Notes: generated by a model from the sequence alone, not told the origin. DNA of 64,000 nt from an uncultured delta proteobacterium (GCA_963699755.1 CAVOVB010000001.1:448001-512000); one strand, 5' to 3'. Shown: positions 42,989 to 53,287, numbered from the stretch's first letter. Translations and numbers: made by a program.

Positions 42989-44094
42989 TTCCGAGTCTCG
43001 TCCGATTCCTCGAGCTCGGTGACGGCCATGCCTTCATCGAGCAAGTGTACGCCCGACATCGCGATGGCCTGGCCTCCTTCGAGGCCTTCTTTGACGACGA
43101 TGCGGCCCCCCGTGATCTCACCCACCTTGACCGGCAGCTTCGACACCGTCATCGATTCCTCGTCGACGAGCCAGACGTAAGGCTTCTCCTCGCTATCGGC
43201 GAGGACGGCTTCCACCGGCAGCAAGAAATCGTCGGCTGCCGTCGTCCGCAAGCCCGTTAGGATGAGCTTCGCGGTCATGCCGGCAAGAACACCGATGCCC
43301 TCCGGCTTCTTCATGCTGAACGTGGCGCGGAAGGTACGGGTGTTCGGATCGGCCGCGGTGGCCAGCTCAGTCAGCGTGACGGGGAACTGGCGCCCGGGCA
43401 GCGCGGAGAGCTCGACCACCGGTTTCGCGGTCGCATTGAACTCTTCGAGTGTGTTTTGACGTCGCCCTCCGGCGAGGTCCCGCTCCGGGACGTCGACGAC
43501 GACTTCCATCACCGACTCGTCTTGCAGAAGCAGCACGGGCTCACGGGCCGCGATATTCCGGAAGTCGCTCACGAGCTTTCGCGCGATCACGCCATCGAAA
43601 ATCGCTCGGAGCTTAGTGTCCTCGAGCGCCTTCTGCTGGATGCGAAGCTCTGCGCGGCTCACGTCGCGCGAGCGGGTGGCCACGTCCAGGTCGCGCTGCG
43701 TGCCGGAGCCGGAGGCGAACAGCTTGCTCTCGCGACGATACTCTGCATCGGCAAGCCGAAGACGCGCACGGGCGGCCTCGACCTGGGCCTGATAGTCGCG
43801 CGGATCGAGCCGCGAGAGGATTTGGCCCTTCTTGACGCGCTGCCCTTCTTCGACGTTCCAGTCGATGATGCGACCATCGACCTCGAACGCCAGCTCGACG
43901 ACTTTGACGGCCTTGATGCGACCCGGATAGTCGGGCCGGGTCGTCCCGAGCTGGCCGTCGAGCCTGTAAATTTTGATCGGCCTCGGCGGGGGCTCGGGTA
44001 CGACGGCCGCCTCTTCATTGCAGGAGAAGAGCATCGCAACCGCGAGCACGAAGGGCGCCGCGAGCAGGCCGCGGAAAAGCGTTCTTGGGGGCAT
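42985..44094 (-). CDS. RND periplasmic adaptor
   Basis: Lipobox LFSC, LAFEVDGRI...V.EGQ.V.KG, TRTF, GMTA. Confidence 0.9.
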   Translation of the reverse strand: MPPRTLFRGLLAAPFVLAVAMLFSCNEEAAVVPEPPPRPIKIYRLDGQLGTTRPDYPGRIKAVKVVELAFEVDGRIIDWNVEEGQRVKKGQILSRLDPRDYQAQVEAARARLRLADAEYRRESKLFASGSGTQRDLDVATRSRDVSRAELRIQQKALEDTKLRAIFDGVIARKLVSDFRNIAAREPVLLLQDESVMEVVVDVPERDLAGGRRQNTLEEFNATAKPVVELSALPGRQFPVTLTELATAADPNTRTFRATFSMKKPEGIGVLAGMTAKLILTGLRTTAADDFLLPVEAVLADSEEKPYVWLVDEESMTVSKLPVKVGEITGGRIVVKEGLEGGQAIAMSGVHLLDEGMAVTELEESDETRK

Positions 44095-44275
44095 GGAGGA
44101 TTCCGTCTGCAAGGCGAAACTCGGGGGCGTCCGTGGGACACGTGGCGACGCCGGAGCATAGGCAGGCCAACCCGCGTTGCCAAGGCAAAGTAGCACCGTG
44201 CAAGCACTCCCTGGCGGGGAATTCTCGCAAGACCGCCTAGGGAATCAGAGACTCGTAGACTATGCTGCGGCCCCT

Positions 44276-46648
44276 ATGCGGCTGCGTTGCCTGTCCCTCA
44301 TTGCCCTGCTCATGACGCCCATGCTCGCCGGCGCGCAATCTGAGAAGCCTCAGGTGAAAGTGACCGCGGTGTTCGACGGGCCCTCCCCGGTGTTCGACGC
44401 CGTCATTGAAGACTTGTCGCGCGAAATTAGAACGCAGCTCTCCGATCGCTTCGACGTCGTTCTAGTGCCGCTGAGCTTTGAGGGTGACTGGACGGCCGAC
44501 GGGGTCGAGCGTCAGCTCGATGAGGCCTACTCGGATCCCGAAATCACCGCCGTCTTCGGCTTCGGACACCTTACAGTCCTCGCCGTTGCCGCACGCAAAG
44601 ACCTTCCCAAGCCAACGATTCTCCCCTTCGTCATCGAAGCGCAGCAACAAGGGCTGCCTCGCAGAGGGGACGTCAGTGGAAGACGAAACCTCTGCTACAT
44701 CAGCGAAGAGCTCGACATTCGCGACGAGGCTGCCCGGCTCAAAGAAGTCGCTGGCTCCAAACGGATCGTCCTTCTCGCAGAGGAGTCGCAGCGCGCGATG
44801 CTTTCCTCGATGACGGGTGCCCAGACGGTCACCGTCGCGATCGCAGAGCCGACGGTGGAGGCCTTGCTGGCGGCGATTCCAAGGACGACTGATGGCCTGA
44901 TCCTCGCCGCGATGCGGCAGGTGAGCCTGGAAGATCGCAGTCGGCTGCTCGATCAGATCACCAAGCGCCGTATTCCGAACATCGCGGTAAGTCCTCGTTG
45001 GCTCGACCAGGGCGCGATGATGTCGATCCGGTCACCAAACAACGACGAGCGAAGGGCTCAACGAGCAGCGCTCAACCTCGACCTGATTCTCGAGGGCCGG
45101 CCTGCATCACAGATTCACGTCGATTTCGAGGAACGCGAGGACTTGCAGATCAACGTGCAAGCCGCGCGGGCCGTCGGCGTCCGTCCGACCTTCGAGGTTC
45201 TGCTCGAGGCGGACTTGGTGAACGAAGAAGAGGCCGCCGCGGAGAACCGCCTGCAGATGAGTCGCGCCATGAAGGAAGCGGTCGACAAGAACTTGGATCT
45301 GCTGGTCTCCTCGAAGTTCGTCGAGGCGGGCGAGGAGGGCGTGAAAGTCGATCGAGGTCCTTTGCTTCCCCAGGGCCAGCTGGAAGTTGGCATCGTCAAC
45401 AGGGACCCTGATCGGATCATCGCGGGAGGCCAGCTGGCGCAATGGCAGGCGTCCACCTTCGCGCGCGCGAGTCAAAGCCTTTACTCGGAGCGAGCCTGGA
45501 CCCGCTTCAAGGCGCGCAAGCTTGCGCAAGAAGGACGCGAGTACGGCTACTTCACCGACGTGCTCGACATCATGCTCAGCTCGGGCGTGGCCTATGTGGG
45601 CGTGCTCCGTGCCGAGGCGCAGGAGCGCATCCAGCGCAAGAACATTCAACTCACTCGCGAGTACCTCGAGCTGGCTCGCCTTCGGCTCGAAGTCGGGGTC
45701 GCCAATGCGAGCGAGCTCTACCGTTGGCAGGTGACGCTTGCCGACAACCAGGCTTCGGTCGTCGATGCGCGGGCGCTGGTGAGTCAGAGCAAAATCGAGC
45801 TCAACCGCGTGCTCAACCGTCCCTCGGAGCGACCCGTTGCGCCCATCGACCTGCCGGTCGACGAGTCGGGCCGCACGCAGGCGCCCGAAGATCCGATCGG
45901 CAAGTACATGAACGACCCCTGGTCCTTCGAAAAGCTCAGGGACTTCATGGTTCGCGAAGGGCTTCGCAACTCGCCTGAGGCCCGTCAGGTCGAGGCGCAG
46001 AGAGCCGCGGAACGTCGCATCAACGAAGGCCGGACGCGGGAGCTCTGGTTGCCGGAGTTTTTCGTAGAGGGCGGTGTCCAGCACGATTTCTGGCGGGAGG
46101 GTGAGGGCGCGGTCACGCCACCGAACCTCGAAGCGCTCGGCATTCCGCAGCCCGACAAGTTTGGATGGGACGTCGGGCTCTTTTTGGCCATTCCGCTGTC
46201 TCGCGGCGGCTCGGGCGTCGCGGACATGCGACGGAGCGCGATCTTGGTCGAACGACTGACTGCCGAGCTCGAGCGCGTCGCGCAAAACATCGACACGGGC
46301 GTGCGCACCGAGCTCCACAGCGCGGCGGCGGCGCTGGCCACGGTGGAGCTCACGCGAAAAGCCGCCGTCGCGGCGGCCAACAACCTGGTGCTCGTCACCG
46401 ACCTCTATCGCCGGGGCAAAGTCGACATCATCACGCTAGTCGACGCGCAGACTCAGAGCCTCGTCGCCGACCTCGGCGCGGCGAACGCTGTGTATGACTA
46501 CGTGATCGCTTTGCTCTTCGTCAATCGCGAAACCAGCCACTTCCGAAACCTCGACACGCCCGAAGCGCAGCAAGACTTCGCACGCCGCCTCAACGAGTTC
46601 GTCTTGACGTCTGAAACGGGGTACGCGAACGCAGCTCCAGCCCCATAG
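44276..46648 (+). CDS. TolC-family outer-membrane factor with N-terminal ABC substrate-binding-like domain
   Basis: ILEGRPASQIHV..LQINVQAARAVG followed by TolC helices (AVDKNLDL, LPQ, Y..G...I.TLVDAQ). Confidence 0.8.
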   Translation: MRLRCLSLIALLMTPMLAGAQSEKPQVKVTAVFDGPSPVFDAVIEDLSREIRTQLSDRFDVVLVPLSFEGDWTADGVERQLDEAYSDPEITAVFGFGHLTVLAVAARKDLPKPTILPFVIEAQQQGLPRRGDVSGRRNLCYISEELDIRDEAARLKEVAGSKRIVLLAEESQRAMLSSMTGAQTVTVAIAEPTVEALLAAIPRTTDGLILAAMRQVSLEDRSRLLDQITKRRIPNIAVSPRWLDQGAMMSIRSPNNDERRAQRAALNLDLILEGRPASQIHVDFEEREDLQINVQAARAVGVRPTFEVLLEADLVNEEEAAAENRLQMSRAMKEAVDKNLDLLVSSKFVEAGEEGVKVDRGPLLPQGQLEVGIVNRDPDRIIAGGQLAQWQASTFARASQSLYSERAWTRFKARKLAQEGREYGYFTDVLDIMLSSGVAYVGVLRAEAQERIQRKNIQLTREYLELARLRLEVGVANASELYRWQVTLADNQASVVDARALVSQSKIELNRVLNRPSERPVAPIDLPVDESGRTQAPEDPIGKYMNDPWSFEKLRDFMVREGLRNSPEARQVEAQRAAERRINEGRTRELWLPEFFVEGGVQHDFWREGEGAVTPPNLEALGIPQPDKFGWDVGLFLAIPLSRGGSGVADMRRSAILVERLTAELERVAQNIDTGVRTELHSAAAALATVELTRKAAVAAANNLVLVTDLYRRGKVDIITLVDAQTQSLVADLGAANAVYDYVIALLFVNRETSHFRNLDTPEAQQDFARRLNEFVLTSETGYANAAPAP

Positions 46649-46695
46649 ACGCCGTCTGTTTGGCGTTCTGAACGCTCCCGCCTATCTTCGGCCCC

Positions 46696-48930
46696 GTGTC
46701 ATCTGCAAAAGAGCGTGGGCCGCGCCGACATCTGGACCTCGTCCAGGCAACGGGCGTGGGTTTAGGCGCCATCGTTGGCGGTGGCATTCTCGTTTTGGCG
46801 GGCGCAGCCTTTCGCGAAACAGGCGCGAGCACCATCCTCGCGTTCGCCTTGAACGGCGCCCTCGCAATCATGACCGCCCTGAGCTTCGCCGAGATGGCGT
46901 CGATGTTCCCGGAATCGGGCGGCGCGTACACCTTCGCCAAGAAAGTGCTCACGGTCCGCTCCGCCTTTGGCGTCGGCTGGGTCCTCTGGTTCGCGTACAT
47001 CGTCGCCGGGGTCCTATACGCGCTCGGCTTTGCCGAATACGCGGTCTTGGCCGCGAGTGAGCTCTCCGTCGCCCTTACCGGCTCAGACCCGGCCTGGCTC
47101 CACAGCCGCGCGACGCTCAGTATCCTCGCCGTCCTGGCTACGGGCTCCTACAGCCTCATGCTCCTTCGCAAGACCGAAGGCGGCGGCCAGGTCGAAACCA
47201 TCGGCAAGCTCGTCGTCTTCGGCATCCTCATGCTCGCCGGCGCATGGGCCCTCGGAAGCTCCCCAGGCGGGACCGTCGAGCGCGGCCTCAGCCCCTTTTT
47301 TGAAAACGGAGCTACCGGACTCCTGACGGCCATGGGCTTTACCTTCATCGCGCTTCAAGGCTTCGATCTGATCGCCACCGTCGGGGGTGAAGTCAAAGAG
47401 CCGGAGCGCAACATTCCGCGCGCCATGCTCAGCTCCCTCGGCATCGCCCTTTGCGTGTACATCCCCCTGCTCTTCTTGGTCTCTACCGTCGGGGTGGCGC
47501 CCGGCAGCAGCATCTCCGGGATGAGCGCCGAGAACCCGGCCACGGTCATGGCCGACGCCGCCTACAACTTCGCAGGCGCCATCGGTTACTGGCTCGTGAT
47601 CGTAGCTGCGATTCTGTCCACCCTGTCGGCGCTCTCTGCCAACGTGCTCGCCGCGAGCCGAATCTCGCTTCGCATGGCCGGCGACCGAACTCTCCCGCGC
47701 GTCCTTCAGCAACGTCATCCAAGCCGGGGCACCCCCGTCATGGCGATCTACGCCACCGCTCTCGCCATGGCCTTCATCCTCCTGATGGTCCCGAACGTCA
47801 GCGCGGCGGGCGCGGCGGCCAGCCTCATCTTCCTGATCTCGTTTGCGCTCGTGCACTGGACCAGCCTGCTCGCGCGCCAACGCAGCCGCACCAAGGCGCC
47901 GTTTCAAACACCTTGGTTCCCTGCGATCCCCGTGATCGGAGGTCTGGCCTGTGCCACCCTCGCGATCTACCAGGCGGTCGCCGTCCCCGGCGCCGGCGGC
48001 ATCGTCGCAGTCTGGCTCGGCCTCGGCGTAATTCTCTACTACGCCTTGTTCGCCAACCGTGCCCAAGCCATGGACGCGTTCGCCGAAGCACTCGACCCGC
48101 GCCTCGGCGTCCTCCGGGGCCTGAGCCCGCTCGTGCTCGTACCTGTAGCCAACCCTGGCACCGCCCAACGCCTGGTCCGCCTCGCCAACGCGCTCGCCAT
48201 CCCAGTCGTCGGCCGCGTCCTCCTTCTCACCGTCGTGCGCCGTCCGAGCGACTTCGCAGCGGCCCAAGCCGAAACCGAGAAAGCACTCGCGGACGCGCAA
48301 ACCGTCGTCGGCCAAGCCATGAGCGCTTCCCTGGCGGCGGGCCACGCCCCCGAGGCGCTCATGACCATCGCGATCAACCCTTGGAACGAAATCGTCCGCG
48401 TCGCCCGAGCGCGCTCCTGCGAAAGCCTCCTCGTCGGCTTCTCCTCCCTCGAACACCCCGAGAACGTCCAACACATCGAGAACCTGCTCAACAGAGTCGA
48501 ATGCGACGTCGTCGTCCTTCGGGCTCCGGAAGCCTGGTCCCTGAGCGACGAAACGAGAATCATCGTACCAGTGGGCGGCAGAGGCGGCCACGATGCCCTC
48601 CGCGCCAGGCTCCTCGGTAGCCTGGGCCGCGCCGGCTTCACCAACGTCCGTTTCATCCAAGTCACCGACCAACGCCTCACCGCCTCCGCGAAGGCGCAGC
48701 TAGAGCGCGCGCTCCGAATCTTCGCCGAAGAAGAAACCTACGGCACCCCCGACGCCAAGCTCATCGAATCCGACGACACCCTGGAAGCCCTAGTCAACGA
48801 GGCCGGCCCCCACGACCTCATCATCCTCGGCCTCCAGCACGAACGGTCCAAACGCCTCTTCGGCAAACTAGCACTTCAAGTGGCCAGAAGAACCGAAGCG
48901 GCCACCCTCATGATCAGCCGCCGAACCTAG
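46696..48930 (+). CDS. APC amino-acid permease with C-terminal USP-like domains
   Basis: GAIVGGG, SFAEM..FPESGGAY, EVKEPERNIP, VLVPVANP, IVPVGG. Confidence 0.9.
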   Translation: MSSAKERGPRRHLDLVQATGVGLGAIVGGGILVLAGAAFRETGASTILAFALNGALAIMTALSFAEMASMFPESGGAYTFAKKVLTVRSAFGVGWVLWFAYIVAGVLYALGFAEYAVLAASELSVALTGSDPAWLHSRATLSILAVLATGSYSLMLLRKTEGGGQVETIGKLVVFGILMLAGAWALGSSPGGTVERGLSPFFENGATGLLTAMGFTFIALQGFDLIATVGGEVKEPERNIPRAMLSSLGIALCVYIPLLFLVSTVGVAPGSSISGMSAENPATVMADAAYNFAGAIGYWLVIVAAILSTLSALSANVLAASRISLRMAGDRTLPRVLQQRHPSRGTPVMAIYATALAMAFILLMVPNVSAAGAAASLIFLISFALVHWTSLLARQRSRTKAPFQTPWFPAIPVIGGLACATLAIYQAVAVPGAGGIVAVWLGLGVILYYALFANRAQAMDAFAEALDPRLGVLRGLSPLVLVPVANPGTAQRLVRLANALAIPVVGRVLLLTVVRRPSDFAAAQAETEKALADAQTVVGQAMSASLAAGHAPEALMTIAINPWNEIVRVARARSCESLLVGFSSLEHPENVQHIENLLNRVECDVVVLRAPEAWSLSDETRIIVPVGGRGGHDALRARLLGSLGRAGFTNVRFIQVTDQRLTASAKAQLERALRIFAEEETYGTPDAKLIESDDTLEALVNEAGPHDLIILGLQHERSKRLFGKLALQVARRTEAATLMISRRT

Positions 48931-48934
48931 AAAC

Positions 48935-49011
48935 TGGCGCGCCTGGAGGGACTCGAACCCCCGACCATCGGCTTAGAAGGCCACCGCTCTATCCAGCTGA
49001 GCTACAGGCGC
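48935..49011 (-). tRNA. tRNA-Arg(TCT), intact copy at the left att site
   Basis: GCGCCTGTAGCTCAGCTGGATAGAGC..TCT..GGTTCGAGTCC..GCGCGCCA. Confidence 0.95.
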
Positions 49012-49013
49012 GT
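48971..49013. repeat. att direct repeat, left (5' half of tRNA-Arg)
   Basis: gcttagaaggccaccgctctatccagctgagctacaggcgcgt, identical to 62751-62793. Confidence 0.95.
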
Positions 49014-49060
49014 AGGTTTTTCTGCGGTTTCATGGGCCCCCGTGGGACCCGTTTTCAGAC

Positions 49061-49078
49061 TGTAACGTATTTGTCTCA
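49061..49078 (+). promoter_or_regulatory. Putative integrase arm sites, left
   Basis: TGTAACG-N4-TGTCTCA matches TGTCACG-N4-TGTCTCG at 62638-62655. Confidence 0.5.
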
Positions 49079-49222
49079 GTCCCGAATTTTTCGCGGCGGT
49101 GCATCGGTGCGCCGCTTGCTCTGTTTAAACGTCGACGGCGGCCACCCTGCTACCGGTGTCCGCCGCCATTCATCGCCTGTTCCGGCCCCTTACCGTGACG
49201 GCGACCCCGAAAGGCCACCGAC

Positions 49223-50434
49223 ATGGTGCCTGCTTCATACATCGCGACACGATCGAGCGCAAGTCCTGAACCCGTAACGACCGAGTATGGTCAAGGCGTC
49301 CTCGACGGCATCGAGGAGGACATCCGCAACATCGACAAGAGCGAGGGAGACCACTACTCCCGACTCTTCGGCCGCATCGCGAAGCTTTGCAAGCACTGCA
49401 ACGGGGGCAGCATTGCGTGGCACGACGCGGAAGCGATGTTGTATGCGGTCGTCGAGGAGACTCGGCTCCGAACCCGGCACGAGCTCAAGAACGACATCCG
49501 AAGCGCCATGCGTCGCGTGGGTGACGAGGCGCTCCACCCGCCCGGAGAGAGCCGCGCCGCAGACAATGCCCCGCGCCTAGCACCGGAGCCTCCCGAGACG
49601 CCCTGGGCGGACCCGGTGGGCGTTCAGGCGCTTTGGGAAAGCACGGTCCCGATTGCGTTCGACGACGATGCTTATGCGTGGTCCACGCTGCGCGGGTTTG
49701 ACCATCGCGAAGCAGAGTTTCAGCGGCTGGCGCGGTTCATTCCTCGCCTCACTTCCGACGATCTGACGCCGGAGCAGGTCGAGGCCGTCAAGCGCGTGCT
49801 TCCCTCAGGGACCAAGCTCTGGGGCGAGTGGGGGCCGCCGCTTCGACTTGGTTATCGTGTCGCGCTCCCGACGTATGATGCCGACGGTGTCCTGCGGTCG
49901 CTTCGACTGCGGCTCGTCAACATCAAGCGCGGCACCGACGGCATTGCGAAGCTCCGCGAGCTCAAGTCGGGTGACAAGAAGTCGCTGAGCCTCCGTGGTC
50001 GCGCCAAGGGCGCCATCCTTGCCAACGCCGGAGCGCTCGAGCTCTTGCGGGGTAACCGACCTCGTGGGGAGTTCGTGGTCATCGTCGCCGAGGGCGAGAT
50101 GGATTTCCTGGTCCTCTCACTCGAGCCAGACGAGATCACGCGCTGCGTGTTCGGGCTTCCGGGCGAGGGCGCGTGGTCGTTCGACATTGCGAAAAAGATT
50201 CCGGGCGACGCCCGCGTTCTCATTGCGACCCATTCCGACAGCGCCGGCGAGGGATATGCGAAAGCGGTCCGAGCCACGCTCCCAGGACAAGGCCGGCTCG
50301 AACGCTGGCGACCGTGGTCGGTGGGCATGGAGGCGCTGAAGCAAGACCTCACGCCATACGCGGACGGTCGAAAACTCAAACATGACGTGGCGGACGTCCA
50401 CGGTCTTCGCGGGGGTGCGAGCAGTGGTTTCTGA
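49223..50434 (+). CDS. Toprim-domain primase with helical N-terminal domain
   Basis: ALW...RG, LPTYDADG..RSLR.R, IVAEGEMDF, THSDSAGEGY. Confidence 0.7.
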   Translation: MVPASYIATRSSASPEPVTTEYGQGVLDGIEEDIRNIDKSEGDHYSRLFGRIAKLCKHCNGGSIAWHDAEAMLYAVVEETRLRTRHELKNDIRSAMRRVGDEALHPPGESRAADNAPRLAPEPPETPWADPVGVQALWESTVPIAFDDDAYAWSTLRGFDHREAEFQRLARFIPRLTSDDLTPEQVEAVKRVLPSGTKLWGEWGPPLRLGYRVALPTYDADGVLRSLRLRLVNIKRGTDGIAKLRELKSGDKKSLSLRGRAKGAILANAGALELLRGNRPRGEFVVIVAEGEMDFLVLSLEPDEITRCVFGLPGEGAWSFDIAKKIPGDARVLIATHSDSAGEGYAKAVRATLPGQGRLERWRPWSVGMEALKQDLTPYADGRKLKHDVADVHGLRGGASSGF

Positions 50435-52013
50435 AGAACAGACAAGGCGCGCCGCCGAAGCGCGCAAGCGATTTGAAGAGGACCGGACGCCTGAGAACGA
50501 GCAGGCGTTTCGGGAGGCGGTCGAGGAGCTTCAAGGCAAGGCGCCACGCGTAGTCGACAAGCCGCTCACCGACCTGACCGAGGAGGGCGTGGCCGACTAC
50601 TTCGTCACCATGTTCGAGAACGAGCTCCGGCACGTTCCGAAGTTCGGCTGGTTCCAATGGGCCGACTCGCACTGGAAGCAAGACGAGACCGGCGAGGTCT
50701 ACGGGCACTTTCGAGAGGCCACCGCTCGACTTCGAAGACAGTGGGAGGCGATGCCGAAGAAGACCGACGAGCAGAAGGCCATGGCTAGGTCATTCGGCCA
50801 GTTCGTCTCTCGAATGCGATCTGCTCGGTCACACGACGCAGTGCTCAAGATTGCGTCTCGCGACCCGAGGCTCGTGATTCGTCCCGGTGACCTCGACCAG
50901 CAACCGACGCTACTTCCGTGCCTCAATGGGACGGTCGACCTCACGACCGGCGAGTTCCGCGAAGCAAGGCGCGAGGACTTGCTCAGCCGCGTGGTTCCCG
51001 TCGACTACGACCCGATGGCATCGGCCCCGGTTTTCGAGAAGTTCCTGCGACGCATCCAGCCCGAGCGGGAAATGCGCGACTTTCTCCAGCGTCTTCTCGG
51101 CTATGGTCTCTTCGGCTTCGTCCGAGAGCACGTGTTCCCCATCTTCTACGGCGACGGCGCCAACGGGAAGAGCGTGCTCGCGCAGGTCGTCCAGCACGTC
51201 GTCGGAGAGTACGCGCAGACGGTGCCGCGAACCTTGGTCGTCGAGACCCGAAACGAGCAACACAAGACCCAGATTGCGCGGCTTCATCGCACTCGAATGG
51301 GATTCATCCACGAGACCGAGCGAGACGCGAGGCTCAACGTCGAGGCCGTCAAGATGCTGACCGGAGGCGACGTGCTGACCGGCCACTTCATGCGAAAGGA
51401 CTTCTTCGACTTTGTGCCGAGTCACGCGCTCTATCTGCTCAGCAACTGGAAGCCCCAGGTCGACGCGGCGATGCGAGCGGTATGGCGACGCCTGTTGCTC
51501 GTGCCGTTCGATGTCGAGATTCCCATCGAGGAGCAAGACCTCTCGCTCGCCGACAGGATTATCAAAGAGGAGTCGGCGGGCGTCCTGCGTTGGCTCGTGG
51601 AAGGCGCCGCGTGGTGGTGGGTTTTCTCGCAGGTGCGTGACGGGAGCTCAGGGCTGCTTCCGCCGAAGCGCGTGATCGACGAGACGAAGGATTACCAGCT
51701 CCAAGAGGACATCGTCGGCCGGTTCATCGACGAGTGTTGCGACTTAGGCAATGGCCGAAAGGTTCAGGCCGGGAAGCTCTACACCGCATACAAGAGCTAC
51801 TGCCAGCGCGAGGGCATCGAGAAGCCCGCGACGAGCAACAAGTTTGCCGACGCCGTCCAGCGAGTGAAGGGTGCAGACGGTCGCCGCATCGGCAAGAGCG
51901 AGAAGGACTCAGTCGACGGGCGAAAGTATTACGACGGGGTCGGCCTCCACGCCTCAGCCGAGCGAGACCCTCGAGAGGTGCCCGACGACGACCCGGAGAA
52001 CTGGTCCTTCTAG
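50424..52013 (+). CDS. P4/D5-family SF3 helicase (phage/plasmid primase C-terminal type)
   Basis: NGTVDL.TGE, Walker A GDGANGKS, KMLTGGD, SNWKP, AVWRRL..VPF, C-terminal winged helix. Confidence 0.9.
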   Translation: MVSEEQTRRAAEARKRFEEDRTPENEQAFREAVEELQGKAPRVVDKPLTDLTEEGVADYFVTMFENELRHVPKFGWFQWADSHWKQDETGEVYGHFREATARLRRQWEAMPKKTDEQKAMARSFGQFVSRMRSARSHDAVLKIASRDPRLVIRPGDLDQQPTLLPCLNGTVDLTTGEFREARREDLLSRVVPVDYDPMASAPVFEKFLRRIQPEREMRDFLQRLLGYGLFGFVREHVFPIFYGDGANGKSVLAQVVQHVVGEYAQTVPRTLVVETRNEQHKTQIARLHRTRMGFIHETERDARLNVEAVKMLTGGDVLTGHFMRKDFFDFVPSHALYLLSNWKPQVDAAMRAVWRRLLLVPFDVEIPIEEQDLSLADRIIKEESAGVLRWLVEGAAWWWVFSQVRDGSSGLLPPKRVIDETKDYQLQEDIVGRFIDECCDLGNGRKVQAGKLYTAYKSYCQREGIEKPATSNKFADAVQRVKGADGRRIGKSEKDSVDGRKYYDGVGLHASAERDPREVPDDDPENWSF

Positions 52014-52129
52014 AGTTCCGCGCACCCGCCGCGCCCGCACGTCCCGAACCGTTTGTCACAAAACGGGGGTTGACAGAGTCCCTGTTTCAGGTGTGTCCTG
52101 GACATCCCCCGAGAGGAAGGAGTATCGCT

Positions 52130-53245
52130 ATGCGAGCTTTTGGCGCGGCGAGGACGGTCCCGTTGTTTCTTGCGGTTGTTGCTGCACTGACGATCGGTTG
52201 CAGCAGCGACGGCGGAGGCGGCAATGGTGACGGTGGCAGCGGTGGTACGGCTGGTTCTGGAGGTACGGCTGGCTCTGGTGGGAGTGCTGGAACCGGCGGA
52301 ACGGCGGGAACCGGCGGCACTGGAGGCACCGGTGCCACCGGAGGGACCGGTGGCACCGTATCCGGATGGATTTCACAAGATAGCGGCTTCGGGCACGATC
52401 TCCGGGCCGTGTCGTTCACCGATGCAAACACGGGGACGGCCGTGGGTGAATGGAATCTGATTTATCGGACGACCGATGGAGGCACGACGTGGACCACGCA
52501 GCCTAACCCAGCCCCCAATGTTGGCTTCCTCACTGGCGTGTCGTTTACCGATGCAAACACGGGGACGGCTGTGGGTTGGGATGGGCTCATTTTGCGGACG
52601 ACCGATGGGGGCACGACGTGGACCGAGCAAGATAGCGCCACCTTGGACTCGCTCTATGGTGTGTCGTTCACCGATGCGAACAACGGGACGGCCGTCGGTG
52701 CGAACGGGACCGTAGCATTGAGGACGACGGATGGGGGGGCCACGTGGACCATACAAAATCGCGGCGTGGGCGGGTGGGGCGTATCGTTCACTGATGCGAA
52801 CACAGGGACCGCCGTGGGCGTTGCCATTTGGCGGACGACCGACGGGGGGGCGACGTGGACCATGCAAGCCAGCCTCGCCCCCATGGTCGCCACCGGCGTC
52901 TTTCAAATCCCCGACATCCTCTATGGAGTGTCGTTCACCGATGCGAATAACGGAACGGCCGTCGGTGCGAGCGGGACCATAGTGCGGACGACCGATGGCG
53001 GGGCGACATGGACCGAGCAAGGTAGCGGGACCACGAACGACCTCAATGGCGTGTCGTTCACTGATCCGAACACAGGGACCGCCGTGGGCGACAGTGGGAC
53101 GATAGTGCGGACGACCGATGGCGGGGCGACGTGGACCGTGCAAAGCAGTGGCACCACCAACGACCTCTATGGCGTATCCTTCACTGATGCGACCACGGGG
53201 ACGGTAGTGGGCGACTTCGGGACCATCTTGCGGACGACTGACTGA
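52130..53245 (+). CDS. YCF48/BNR-repeat beta-propeller lipoprotein (cargo)
   Basis: Lipobox TIGC, Gly-rich linker, seven VSFTDxxxGTxVG...RTTD repeats. Confidence 0.85.
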   Translation: MRAFGAARTVPLFLAVVAALTIGCSSDGGGGNGDGGSGGTAGSGGTAGSGGSAGTGGTAGTGGTGGTGATGGTGGTVSGWISQDSGFGHDLRAVSFTDANTGTAVGEWNLIYRTTDGGTTWTTQPNPAPNVGFLTGVSFTDANTGTAVGWDGLILRTTDGGTTWTEQDSATLDSLYGVSFTDANNGTAVGANGTVALRTTDGGATWTIQNRGVGGWGVSFTDANTGTAVGVAIWRTTDGGATWTMQASLAPMVATGVFQIPDILYGVSFTDANNGTAVGASGTIVRTTDGGATWTEQGSGTTNDLNGVSFTDPNTGTAVGDSGTIVRTTDGGATWTVQSSGTTNDLYGVSFTDATTGTVVGDFGTILRTTD

Positions 53246-53287
53246 CTGCACCATGTGCGACGTCGGCGCGTTTGAGGCGCAGCCGTA

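Noticed and set aside
52380..53240. Regular ~120-bp repeats resembling a CRISPR or tandem array
   Set aside because: They are in-frame coding repeats of the BNR propeller; there are no unique spacers and no cas genes.
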